Positions 19,061-28,672 of a stretch of DNA of 64,000 nucleotides are shown here, piece by piece (the stretch's first letter is position 1; the number at the start of each line of letters is the position of its first letter). Source of the stretch: an uncultured delta proteobacterium (GTDB lineage: Bacteria > Desulfobacterota > Binatia > Binatales > Binataceae); assembly GCA_963842085.1 (NCBI GenBank), contig CAWJET010000002.1:800001-864000 (forward strand). The letters are read 5' to 3'. The position numbers and the translations under genes are program-made. Below the pieces are notes generated by a model. That model was not told the DNA's origin. It did not search any database and worked only from the letters and a program-made list of their open reading frames with translations.

Positions 19061-19944
19061 TCAGAACGCTGGTTCGCCGGGTTATTCGGCTCGCAATCCT
19101 GGCCGGGGTCGTCCTTGGATTTTATTTTTTCGGACGCACCTACTTGTGGCCGCCCGAGGATCGTTCGACGATCAAGGTCGTCGGGATGATCGAGGCGCCC
19201 GAGGTCAACATCACCAGCCGCATTGCGGGCCGTATCCGGCAACTCGACTTGCTCGAGGGTGACCACGTCAAGAAGGGACAGGTGGTCTGCCGGATCGAGG
19301 ATGTCGATCTCAGAAATGAGCTGGCCAAGTCGAAGGCCGACCTAGCTCATGCCGAGGCCAACCTGGCGCAGGCGCGGCGCGACCTCGCGCGCGACGAAAC
19401 ACTTACCAAAGCAAACGTGATTGCGACCAAGACTCGCGACGACGCCATCACCACCGTCGAGCAGGACGAGGCCGACGTGCTAAGCGCGCAGGCCAACGCT
19501 GATTTCTACGCCGATCAAATCGTCGATACCGAGATAAAATCACCGGTTGACGGCGTCATCGTCAGCAAGGCGCTCGAAGTCGGCGAATGGGTGACGCCGG
19601 GGGTGCCGATTCTGACCGTCGACGACCTCTCGACGATCTGGGCGCGCGTCGACGTCGAGGAAACCGACCTTGGCTCGCTCTACATCGGCAAGTCGGCGCA
19701 GGTCGAATTGCCCACGACGCCACCGCAGATCTTCACCGGGCGGGTCATGGCCATAGGGCAGGAGGGCGAGTTCGCGACCGAGCGCGACGTGCGCCGCGGA
19801 CGTCAGGATATTCGGACCTTCTACGTCAAGGTCCAGGTGCTGCAGGCCGAGGACGAACTCAAACCGGGGATGACGGCTGAAGTCAGCTTTCCGAGAAACG
19901 ATGGAACCCGAGTCACTAGCAATACAGACCAAAGACCTTACTAA
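19057..19944 (+). CDS. HlyD-family membrane fusion protein
   Basis: N-terminal TM, lipoyl-like EGDHVKKG, IKSPVDG, LKPGMTAEV. Confidence 0.9.
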   Translation: MIRTLVRRVIRLAILAGVVLGFYFFGRTYLWPPEDRSTIKVVGMIEAPEVNITSRIAGRIRQLDLLEGDHVKKGQVVCRIEDVDLRNELAKSKADLAHAEANLAQARRDLARDETLTKANVIATKTRDDAITTVEQDEADVLSAQANADFYADQIVDTEIKSPVDGVIVSKALEVGEWVTPGVPILTVDDLSTIWARVDVEETDLGSLYIGKSAQVELPTTPPQIFTGRVMAIGQEGEFATERDVRRGRQDIRTFYVKVQVLQAEDELKPGMTAEVSFPRNDGTRVTSNTDQRPY

Positions 19945-20908
19945 GCGCTTCGGCGCTTTCACCGCGGTCGACAAGGTCAACTTCGAGGTCCGTCGCGGCG
20001 AGGTGTTCGGACTGCTCGGCCCCAACGGCGCCGGCAAGACGACCGTGGTGCGGATGCTCACGACGCTGCTGCCGCCGAGCGACGGCCAGGCGTTTGTCGC
20101 CGGCTTTGACGTCGCGCGGTATCCGCGCCAGGTGCGCGAAAACATCGGCGTCATTCCCCAGGCGCTGACCTCCGATCTCGATCTCACCGGATGGGAGAAC
20201 GTCGACATCTACGGCGAGTTCTTCGGCCTGTCGCGCCGCGAGCGCCGCGAACGCGGGCATCGCCTGCTCCACATGGTCGGCTTGACCGAGCGCGCCAACG
20301 ATCTGGTCGCGACCTACTCGGGCGGGATGCGCCGGCGGCTCGAAATCGCGCGCGGCCTGATTCACTCGCCCGACGTGTTGTTCCTCGACGAGCCGACCAT
20401 CGGACTTGACCCGCAGAGCCGCCGCGCGGTGTGGGACCTGCTCGAAGCGCTGCGCAAGGAAAGCGAGATAACCATCTCGCTGACGACGCACTACATGGAC
20501 GAGGCCGAGTCGCTGTGCGATCGGATCGCAATCGTGGACGGCGGCAAGATAATCGCGCTCGACACGCCGATCGGACTCAAATCGATGGTGCCGGGCGCGG
20601 ACCGCATCGATCTGATCGTCGAAAAGAATCCCGCCGCGATCGCCGAGATGCTGCGGCCGATGCCGTATCTGCGCTCGGTGAATCTCGACGGCGGCAACCG
20701 CCTGCAGCTTTCGGCCAACGACGGCGCGCACGCGATTCCGAAAATTCTCGACGCCGTCGAACAAGCCGGCGACCGCGTGAACTCGATCACCGTGCAGAAA
20801 CTCTCGCTCGAAGACGTCTTCATCCATTTCACCGGGCGCACGCTCCGCGACGAGCCGGCCAAGAAGGTCAGCCTGTTCGTGGGCGCCGGGATGCCGCAGC
20901 AGCGCTGA
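19901..20908 (+). CDS. ABC transporter ATP-binding protein (DrrA-like)
   Basis: GPNGAGKT, YSGGM, LFLDEPT. Confidence 0.93.
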   Translation: MEPESLAIQTKDLTKRFGAFTAVDKVNFEVRRGEVFGLLGPNGAGKTTVVRMLTTLLPPSDGQAFVAGFDVARYPRQVRENIGVIPQALTSDLDLTGWENVDIYGEFFGLSRRERRERGHRLLHMVGLTERANDLVATYSGGMRRRLEIARGLIHSPDVLFLDEPTIGLDPQSRRAVWDLLEALRKESEITISLTTHYMDEAESLCDRIAIVDGGKIIALDTPIGLKSMVPGADRIDLIVEKNPAAIAEMLRPMPYLRSVNLDGGNRLQLSANDGAHAIPKILDAVEQAGDRVNSITVQKLSLEDVFIHFTGRTLRDEPAKKVSLFVGAGMPQQR

Positions 20909-20919
20909 GGAGGCCGCCG

Positions 20920-22044
20920 ATGTTCGGGCTGAAATTCCTCGCAGTCATGCGCCGCGACCTCAAGAAGCTGACGCGCAATCCGATCACGCTCATGTCGGTC
21001 ATCCTGATGCCGATCGTTTATCTCGTGATAATCGGCAACTCCTTCCAAGGCCAGCTCAAGCATCTGCCGATCGTCGTGGTCGAGCAGGATCACGGAATCT
21101 ACGCGCGCCGAGTCGTCGAACAGTTGCTGGCGCTGCAGGCCGGACCCAAGACCGTGGACGTCACCTTCGAGAACGACCCCGGCAACGCAGTCGACGAAGT
21201 CCGCGACGGGCTCTACAAGGGTGTGGTCGTCATTCCGCCCGACTTCAGCCACGACGTCGCCGAAGGCCGTATCGCGCAGATCGGGTTGTTCACCGACAAT
21301 GTCGACAGCATCAGCTCCGAGACGCTCGAAAGCGTGCTCGATGAAGCGGCCGCAACCGTCAGGGTTAGCTTCGTCACCGCGCGCGAGCCCAAGCTCAACG
21401 ACATCTCGCTGCGCCCGAGCTGGCTGTTCCCCTACGTCGATTACGATCGATCGCTCATCCCCGGCGTCATCGTGATGGCCATCTTCATGGGCTCGCTGAT
21501 GTCCGGCGTGTTCAACTGGGTAATGGATAAATTCATGGGCGTCACCGAATGCTACCTGGTGACTCCACTTTCGCGATGGGACATTGCCGGCGGCATCCTC
21601 GCCAGCGGCGTGACCGTAACCAGCATCGGCGGCGTGTTGGTCTTGTTCCTGGGCCTAATCATTACGCGCGGCCACCTCCTCGGCGGACCCATGGCGCTCG
21701 CAATGCTGGTCGGAATAATCGTCATCAGCGCGACCGGGCTGCTGGCGATGACGTTCTCGATGCTGGGACGCGCCGGGCATCCGCGGCTGGTCGGAGTGTT
21801 CTCTGGATTTCTGAACGTGATCCTGTTTTTCCCGAGCGGCGCGATCTATCCGGTCGAGAGTTTCCCGCCGTGGTTGCGAGCCTTCGCGCACTTCAATCCC
21901 GAGACTCATTCAGTGAGCGCAATCAAACAGATCCTGTTCAAGGGCGCCGACTTCACCGCCGTAAGCGGCGACATAGCGTTCCTGCTGGTGTTCATGGTCC
22001 TGATGCTGGTACTGGCGAGCGTATCCTTCAAACGCACCCTGTAG
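20920..22044 (+). CDS. ABC-2 type permease
   Basis: Multi-TM protein, FPSGAIYPVESFPPWL, NPETH; GAGGAGG RBS. Confidence 0.9.
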   Translation: MFGLKFLAVMRRDLKKLTRNPITLMSVILMPIVYLVIIGNSFQGQLKHLPIVVVEQDHGIYARRVVEQLLALQAGPKTVDVTFENDPGNAVDEVRDGLYKGVVVIPPDFSHDVAEGRIAQIGLFTDNVDSISSETLESVLDEAAATVRVSFVTAREPKLNDISLRPSWLFPYVDYDRSLIPGVIVMAIFMGSLMSGVFNWVMDKFMGVTECYLVTPLSRWDIAGGILASGVTVTSIGGVLVLFLGLIITRGHLLGGPMALAMLVGIIVISATGLLAMTFSMLGRAGHPRLVGVFSGFLNVILFFPSGAIYPVESFPPWLRAFAHFNPETHSVSAIKQILFKGADFTAVSGDIAFLLVFMVLMLVLASVSFKRTL

Positions 22045-22123
22045 CTCCGCCGCGAGCCTTCGAGCATCCAAAGTTCAGTGGCTTCAGCTTTAGCCTCTCT
22101 CTATCAGGAGAGGAGACAGAGTT

Positions 22124-22492
22124 TCAGCGCGCGAGAGCTTCGCGGATAACCCGCTGCAGCTCGGCGATCGAGACCGGCTTCAGGAGCGAGATGTTGGCGC
22201 CGGCTAAGTGCGCGGAGTTGTTGAGTTCGGGCGTGTTGTGTCCCGACATCACGATGATCGGCGTGGTCTGCGATTTCGCGCGGACGTGGCGAACGATCTC
22301 GATGCCGCTGGTGTCGGGCAGGCTCAGGTCAGTTATCACGAGATCGGGCGACTCGGCGTCGATTAGCTCGATTGCTTCGTTCGCGTCGAATGCGGCGATA
22401 CATCGATGGCCCGCGCGCTCGAGCAGGCGCACGTAGGCGTCCACGAGATCGCGTTCGTCGTCCACGATCAGAATTTTCGCCGGCTCAGCCAT
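22124..22492 (-). CDS. single-domain response regulator
   Basis: ILIVDD, LVITD, MSG, LLKP. Confidence 0.9.
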   Translation of the reverse strand: MAEPAKILIVDDERDLVDAYVRLLERAGHRCIAAFDANEAIELIDAESPDLVITDLSLPDTSGIEIVRHVRAKSQTTPIIVMSGHNTPELNNSAHLAGANISLLKPVSIAELQRVIREALAR

Positions 22493-22506
22493 TGACGTGA
22501 ATTGAG

Positions 22507-23925
22507 CTAGCGGCCCGATTGATTGCTTCGCGCCACAGCGATTTGCGGCGCCGCCGGCGCTTCATCGCGCGCGGGAGGAGCCGCGTGCTCCGCTGACGAC
22601 TCGGCCATCGTCGGCAGGGTTATCACGAAAGTGGTGCCTTCGCCCTTCACCGATTCAACCGCGATGGTGCCGCCGTGGTCCTGGATGATCCGCTGGCTCA
22701 GCCACAGGCCAAGTCCGGTGCCCTTGGGCTTGGTCGTGAAGAACGGCTGAAACAGTTTCCCGAGCACGTCGCTCGCGATTCCCGCGCCGTCGTCCGAGAT
22801 CGACAGCCGGAGATTACCGGTACGCCCGGGCGCCCGCGCGGTCTCGATGCGTATCAGGTGCGCGCCCGCGTCGCGGGCATTGAAGATGAAGTTGATCAGC
22901 ACCTGCTCGACGCCCGTCGGCTCGGCCATCACCGGCGGCAGCGACCGATCGAGGCTGGTCTCGTATCTGATCGCGCCCGCCTTCGCTTCGGCCCCGACTA
23001 TCAGCATCGCATCTTCGACCGCGACGTTCATGTCCACCGGTTGACGGGCGCCGGGGCGCTGACGCGCGAGCGAAAGCATGTTGTGCGAGATGCGGCTGGC
23101 GCGCTCGATGTTTTTCTCCAGGACCAGCAGGTCGTCGCGCGTCTGGGCGCTGAGATCCTGATCCGCCGCGAGCATCAGCTCGATTCGCGACGCCATCACG
23201 GCCAGCGGGTTGTTCAATTCGTGCGCGATTCCGGCCGCCACGGCAGCCAGCGCATCGACGGTTTCATTGCGGCGCGCCTCGCGCTCCATCGCCCGGCGCT
23301 CGCTGATGTCAGTGACGAACGCGATCACCAGTTTGCCGCGATGGGTATGCACGACGTTGAGGCTGATCTCGGCGGGAAATTCGCTGCCGTCTTTTCGGCG
23401 TCCCGCGACCTCCATCCCGCGGCCCATCATGCGGGACTTTGGCGCGGTAAAAAATGCGCTGCGATGCGCCTCGTGGCGATAGCGGAAGCGTTGCGGGATC
23501 AAGACCTCGATCGGCTGACCGACGAGTTCCATTTCATGGTAGCCGAACAGTTCCTGCCCGCGCGGATTGAGCTGGCGAATCATCCCGTTGCTGTCGGCTG
23601 AAATGATTCCCTCGACCGACGACTCGAAGTAGCCGCGCGCACGCACCAGCGCTTCCTCGCGCGCCGCGACCGAGATGCGAATCGTCTTCATGTAGCGTGC
23701 CGCGACCAGGTACAGCAGCAGCGCGTTCACGCTCACGAACATCAGCCGGTTGAGGGTGTATGAATGCGCCGGCATCAGCGATAGCACCCGATTGGAAACC
23801 GCTACCCAGATAAGTCCGCCGAGCGCGTAGTAGAGCGCTATCCGCACCGGGCGGCTGCGGTAGATCGGCACATGATTCAATGCGCCGTGCTCGGTCAGTT
23901 TGTGCAAGCCGTTATCGTGAGCCAT
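22507..23925 (-). CDS. membrane PAS sensor histidine kinase
   Basis: Two TM segments, FixL-like PAS (RRKDGSEFP), HELNNPL, FTTKPKGTGLGL. Confidence 0.9.
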   Translation of the reverse strand: MAHDNGLHKLTEHGALNHVPIYRSRPVRIALYYALGGLIWVAVSNRVLSLMPAHSYTLNRLMFVSVNALLLYLVAARYMKTIRISVAAREEALVRARGYFESSVEGIISADSNGMIRQLNPRGQELFGYHEMELVGQPIEVLIPQRFRYRHEAHRSAFFTAPKSRMMGRGMEVAGRRKDGSEFPAEISLNVVHTHRGKLVIAFVTDISERRAMEREARRNETVDALAAVAAGIAHELNNPLAVMASRIELMLAADQDLSAQTRDDLLVLEKNIERASRISHNMLSLARQRPGARQPVDMNVAVEDAMLIVGAEAKAGAIRYETSLDRSLPPVMAEPTGVEQVLINFIFNARDAGAHLIRIETARAPGRTGNLRLSISDDGAGIASDVLGKLFQPFFTTKPKGTGLGLWLSQRIIQDHGGTIAVESVKGEGTTFVITLPTMAESSAEHAAPPARDEAPAAPQIAVARSNQSGR

Positions 23926-24048
23926 CAGACCGGTTACTTTAGTCTTCCGGCGGGCGCCAAGGTAGCGGGTCAAAAGCCAAGATTGCCCGATAGGACGGGA
24001 GCAGCACTGCGGCCAAAATACGAGTTGCGCTGCGCCCGGAGGGGCGCG

Positions 24049-24852
24049 CTAGTGACGGCTCAAATTCAGGGCCTCGAGCGAGGCGTGCGACTCCGGCCCC
24101 GCCTTCGGTCCGGCGAGCCGATGAATCGCATGGCCGATCGGGGTGGCGATACACGCGACGTTGGATACGCCGCCGTCGCCGTCGTGCAGCGGTAGAATCG
24201 TCATCTCAACTGCGATTTCGGCGCCGTCGATCCGGGCCTGAAAGGTCGGAAACCGTGGCACGATTTCCCCGCCAAACGCGCGCACGAGAAGCCGCCGGAC
24301 CTCGTCGCGGCGCCCGGCAGGCAGCAGCATTTCGCTGCTGCGTCCGATAATCTCGATATCACTGTAGCCGTACATCTGGCGCGCCGCCGCATTAATTGCC
24401 GTGATAGTGCCGTCCGCGTCCACGCAGTGAATTCCGTCAGGAATCGAGTTGACGATCATCGCCATCAGCTCGTGGAAATCATCGCGCCGCTTCGCCTCGA
24501 TCGCCGCGCCGATCACCGGGACGAGCTCCGCGAAGCCGTCGGGCTTGACCAGGTAATGATACAGGCCGTGCTTGAACGCACCCGCCACCACCTCTTCGCC
24601 GCCGTTGCCGGTCAGCATAATTACCCGGGTCCGCGGCCATCGTCCGCGCACGCGCTGCAGGACCGACAGGCCGTCGCTCCAGCCCAGCCAATAGTCCGTG
24701 ATCACGATATCGCAGCCGTCGCGTTTGAGATGCTCACTCAACCGAACTGGATCGTCCGCGGCCAAAATCCGGGCGCTCGGAAATCCGCGCCGCAACCGCG
24801 CTTGGATAACCATCCGATCGGTCGGGTCGTCCTCTACGAGCAACAAGTCCAT
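24049..24852 (-). CDS. receiver-PAS domain protein
   Basis: LLVEDD...ITDY receiver followed by PAS (INAAARQMYGY); no output domain. Confidence 0.85.
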   Translation of the reverse strand: MDLLLVEDDPTDRMVIQARLRRGFPSARILAADDPVRLSEHLKRDGCDIVITDYWLGWSDGLSVLQRVRGRWPRTRVIMLTGNGGEEVVAGAFKHGLYHYLVKPDGFAELVPVIGAAIEAKRRDDFHELMAMIVNSIPDGIHCVDADGTITAINAAARQMYGYSDIEIIGRSSEMLLPAGRRDEVRRLLVRAFGGEIVPRFPTFQARIDGAEIAVEMTILPLHDGDGGVSNVACIATPIGHAIHRLAGPKAGPESHASLEALNLSRH

Positions 24853-25162
24853 TCGCAGTCCTCGCGCCCACCACCCATCAATGTCAGCGCGGAGCAATCA
24901 ATATGCCAACACGCGTTGGATCCGCGACCGCGATAAAGCGACACACGAGAGGCTAAAATTGAGATCGAAAGGCTGCGCGAACCGCCCAGCCGTCAACAGA
25001 ATGTTCCGCTACGGACTAGAGCACGTCCCGCAATGACACACTCCGCGATTCCTCCTAACCGGGGTGCCGGGGCATGGCCCTTTGCCCAAGGAAGCGAGAA
25101 CCCCACGGTGTTTCGCTACAATTGCGTCGTCCCCTTCCCGATCGATTGACGACGCCGGGACC

Positions 25163-25828
25163 CTATCGCGCCTTTTTCTGCACCGCTGGCTTCTTCGCCT
25201 TTGGCGGACGTCCGCGACGCCGCTTTTCGACTCCCGTCGCCTCGAGCTCGTCCTCATCGGGGCCGAACGCGCTGTCTATCTGCACGTCGTCCTCGGCGGC
25301 GCGGAGCGGCTCGACATGCTCTTCCGACTCGTCCGGGATGCTCAGCTCTTCAGGGCCGGACCATCGGCCGCCGAACGGCTTGGCCAGTCCACTCTGACCG
25401 CTGCGAGCTTCGGTGTTCGCTTCGTTCTGGCAATCGACGCAATATTGGGCGAACGGAATAACCTGGAGCCGCGCCAGCGGGATTTCATCGCCGCATCGCG
25501 CGCAGGTTCCATAAATCCCCGCCCCGAGCCGGGCCATTGCCGCGTCGATCGCGCTGAGCCGTTCCTGCGCGCGATCGAAAAGCGCCGCATGGGTATCTAC
25601 TTCGGACAGCGATCGCGCCACATCCATTTCGTCGGCCGGAGGCTGCCCGCCGTTGCGGGCCTGCTCGCGCATCAATTCCTTCACCCGGGCGAGCGTCTCA
25701 GCGCGCTCCTTGGAAAGCAGGCGCTTGAGCGCATCGATCCGCCTTGCGCCGGTACTAAGTGCGGCTGCCATCTTGGTTTTCAGCCTCTTGCGAGTCTTGG
25801 TCGGTCGGGTTTTAGTTCGAGTCTTCAT
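25163..25828 (-). CDS. DksA/TraR C4 zinc-finger protein with acidic tail and AT-hook
   Basis: DEMDVA (DxxDxA), CARC...RL...CVDC, acidic region, KRRRGRPPK. Confidence 0.85.
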   Translation of the reverse strand: MKTRTKTRPTKTRKRLKTKMAAALSTGARRIDALKRLLSKERAETLARVKELMREQARNGGQPPADEMDVARSLSEVDTHAALFDRAQERLSAIDAAMARLGAGIYGTCARCGDEIPLARLQVIPFAQYCVDCQNEANTEARSGQSGLAKPFGGRWSGPEELSIPDESEEHVEPLRAAEDDVQIDSAFGPDEDELEATGVEKRRRGRPPKAKKPAVQKKAR

Positions 25829-25870
25829 AGTTAAGGACCGTTTGCGCACATCGATCCGGTTTCTAATATG

Positions 25871-25886
25871 AGCATTGATCGTGCCT
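25871..25886 (-). promoter_or_regulatory. putative sigma54 -24/-12 promoter for the dksA-like gene
   Basis: Minus strand AGGCACGATCAATGCT, GG-N10-GC spacing. Confidence 0.45.
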
Positions 25887-26203
25887 CGCGCCACTTTAGG
25901 GAAAACGCGCGCACACAATACTCTTGCTGGGCACGATTCGAGTCCATTAGCCCGATATACGGAAACCACCTCAAGTTGGTTGCCTCGCCGGGGACTTGCC
26001 ACACCCCGGACCGCGGCAGTTTAGCCGGATTGGACGTTGCACGCGAGAGCCTTTCTGACGAATGGACCGCTGCTGCGTCGAAATCTCGCTGCACAGGCGT
26101 CAATCGCAGTGATGCCGCATAATTGAGCAGCATCCAGCGTCCTCGACATCACCAAAGCTCAAGATTCCTAGTTGATTCCGCATCTTAGGACGGTCAAACC
26201 GAG

Positions 26204-26220
26204 TTGGCACAGACCATGCT
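26204..26220 (+). promoter_or_regulatory. putative sigma54 -24/-12 promoter
   Basis: TTGGCACAGACCATGCT, GG-N10-GC spacing, ~45 bp before the ATG and its AAGGAGG RBS. Confidence 0.55.
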
Positions 26221-26264
26221 CGCCCAGCAGGCGTACAATTCGGCTCAAGGAGGGTCCAATTAGC

Positions 26265-26798
26265 ATGTCTGTATCTGCTTCAGAACAGGTTCTTCAATAT
26301 GGACCTTCGAATCAGACCCGGGTAATCGACGAATGCGCCGGCCCCGATCCGTGGCTGAGCGCTCGCTTCGAGCCGGATTTCCTGGTGCCGGTTCAGTTTT
26401 TCGATTTGACCCGGCGCCGGTCGATGCTCGATGGCGAGACGCGGCTGGTCTTCGCGGTGCTCGAAGACGCGGTCCGATGCTACGTGAAGACGGTAAACTC
26501 GTCGCGGCGATGCGACCGCGAGCAATTCGACGAGGTTCAGCGATGGTTCCACGCGGAGGCCGAAATCCGCAGCCCGTTTTCCTTTGAATACGTATGCGAC
26601 GTGCTTGGAATCGAACCCGAGGCGTTGCGAGGGCGGCTAGGATTGCTGAGCGTCAACGACTTGCCGACCAAGCAAATGCGCTCGGTGGGACGCCGGCAAG
26701 TCGTGCGCGCCGGGCGTTCGTCGCGCAAGCGATCGAACGGCGGCGACCCGGGTTCGTTAGCCCGAGACGCAGGAATGAGAGAGAGTGCCGGCGGTTGA
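26265..26798 (+). CDS. conserved hypothetical protein
   Basis: Strong RBS; helical core LVFAVLEDAVRCY...WF...FSFEYVCDVLGIEPEALR, basic tail. Confidence 0.7.
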   Translation: MSVSASEQVLQYGPSNQTRVIDECAGPDPWLSARFEPDFLVPVQFFDLTRRRSMLDGETRLVFAVLEDAVRCYVKTVNSSRRCDREQFDEVQRWFHAEAEIRSPFSFEYVCDVLGIEPEALRGRLGLLSVNDLPTKQMRSVGRRQVVRAGRSSRKRSNGGDPGSLARDAGMRESAGG

Positions 26799-26900
26799 AA
26801 AGGTGAAAAATTGCGGGTGCGTCGCATCCTGATTTTTCCTCGCGCCCGGCGCTAATGTTATCGTGGTGCGCGGCCGCGAAGATCTGCCGCTGCGACGACG

Positions 26901-27518
26901 ATGAACAACCCGCCGGGAAGATTCGAATTCCGTATTTGGGGAAATCACCTTAGCACCTTTCGAGATCGGCTGGCCGCGATTGCGGCACCCTCCGAGCCGC
27001 AGGAAAGCGCGGAAACCTACATCCTGTCGCGCACGACCGACGCCGCCAACGCCAAGATTCGCGCCGGGGTGCTCGACATCAAGCTGATGACGGAGCAGCT
27101 CGGCCGGCTCGAGCGATGGCGCCCCGTGCTGAAGGCAGAATTCCCGCTGGATTCGCGTACGATCGTCGAGCAGGTGTCTCCCGATCTCGGCCTTGGGGCC
27201 CTCGAAATCGCGCAACCGTCGTACACTCACGCCGAGTTTATCCGCGACCTGATGAAGACCCATTCCAATCTCGCGCTGGTCGACGTTGTCAAGATGCGGC
27301 GGCAGTTCACGTCTCAAAGGTACGCTGCCGAATTCGCCGAAGTATCAATCGCCGGCGGCGCCACCTCGCAAACAATCGAGATCGAATCGGAAGACCCGGC
27401 CGCCGTGCTTCGAGCGATCGCAAGACTTGGCCTGAACTCCCAGGCGAACATAAGCTATGTTCGACACTTGAAGCTGATGACCGGGATGACGCCGCGAACC
27501 GGCACCTCGGCAAGTTGA
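26901..27518 (+). CDS. divergent CYTH-like protein
   Basis: N-terminal FEFR, ETY, K.R..DIK, EIE and SY elements in CYTH order. Confidence 0.5.
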   Translation: MNNPPGRFEFRIWGNHLSTFRDRLAAIAAPSEPQESAETYILSRTTDAANAKIRAGVLDIKLMTEQLGRLERWRPVLKAEFPLDSRTIVEQVSPDLGLGALEIAQPSYTHAEFIRDLMKTHSNLALVDVVKMRRQFTSQRYAAEFAEVSIAGGATSQTIEIESEDPAAVLRAIARLGLNSQANISYVRHLKLMTGMTPRTGTSAS

Positions 27519-27530
27519 CGGCGCAAAGAC

Positions 27531-27998
27531 ATGGCGAAGGAAATCGAACGCAAGTTCCTGGTGCGCCCGCGCAAATGGAGTGATCTGGGATCCGGCCTCG
27601 CCATTCGCCAGGGCTACCTATCCGCCACGGCGCAAAGCTCGGTCCGCGTGCGCACCTACGGAGACCGCGCCTATGTGACGATCAAGGGAAACACCTCGGA
27701 CATTACGCGCGACGAATACGAGTACGAGATTCCGGCGGTCGATGCGCACGAGATCCTGGGCAACCTGTGCGAGCATCCGCCGATCGAAAAGACCCGCTAC
27801 CGAATCGTGTTCAAGGGCCATACCTGGGAGGTTGATGAATTTGGCGGCGCGAACCGCGGACTGACGCTGGCCGAAGTCGAACTCAAGGATCCCAGAGAGC
27901 AAGTTGAGCTTCCTGACTGGATCGACCGCGAAGTGAGCGGCGATCCGCGCTATTTCAATTCGAACCTGTCGATCAAACCATTCTCCACCTGGAAATAA
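27531..27998 (+). CDS. CYTH domain protein (triphosphate tunnel metalloenzyme)
   Basis: EIERKF, EYEYEI, IEKTRY, WEVDEF, AEVEL. Confidence 0.92.
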   Translation: MAKEIERKFLVRPRKWSDLGSGLAIRQGYLSATAQSSVRVRTYGDRAYVTIKGNTSDITRDEYEYEIPAVDAHEILGNLCEHPPIEKTRYRIVFKGHTWEVDEFGGANRGLTLAEVELKDPREQVELPDWIDREVSGDPRYFNSNLSIKPFSTWK

Positions 27999-28037
27999 TT
28001 TGCAGGTGAATTTTGTTGTGAGGAGGAGTGGAACTCA

Positions 28038-28598
28038 GTGAAAGTCTCTGACTTGATGACCCGCGAAGTGCGAGCGTGCACGATTCACGACTCGTTGAAT
28101 GGGGCGGCCCGGATAATGTGGGACCACGATTGCGGATGCGTGCCAATCGTCGATGGGCACGGCAGACTGGCGGGAATCGTCACCGACCGCGACATCTGCA
28201 TGGCGGCATACACCCAGGGCCTGGCGCTCGAGGCGATTCCGGTCGAGCGCGTGATGTCGGCTCAGGTGGTTTCATGTGCGCGCGGCGACGATCTGGCGAC
28301 CGCGCATCGCCTGATGCGAACGCACGAGATTCACCGTATCCCGGTGGTTGATTCGCGCGGCCGGCTGGTCGGAATCCTGTCTTTGAGCGATCTGGTCGGT
28401 CATGGCAGCGGAGAGAGCGCGGCACCGTCGGAGGCAGTGGAAATCGTCGCGACGTTATCCGCGATTCGCCGGCGTCGCGCACGCGCAGCGGCCGCCGCTG
28501 CTTCATCGAATGGAGACGCGGTCCCGGCCGGCGAATCGATTAACCCGCCGAAGAAAAAGCGCACGCGCGCAAGAAAGCCATCCGCCGATCTTCGCTAG
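28038..28598 (+). CDS. CBS domain pair protein
   Basis: GIVTDRDI and GILSLSDL CBS motifs. Confidence 0.9.
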   Translation: MKVSDLMTREVRACTIHDSLNGAARIMWDHDCGCVPIVDGHGRLAGIVTDRDICMAAYTQGLALEAIPVERVMSAQVVSCARGDDLATAHRLMRTHEIHRIPVVDSRGRLVGILSLSDLVGHGSGESAAPSEAVEIVATLSAIRRRRARAAAAAASSNGDAVPAGESINPPKKKRTRARKPSADLR

Positions 28599-28672
28599 GC
28601 GTTCGTCGCCCGGTGCGTTGCCGCGGTTATTCCGGGCTGCGCATCAAGCCGGTGCTCTGGTAGAATGCGCCG

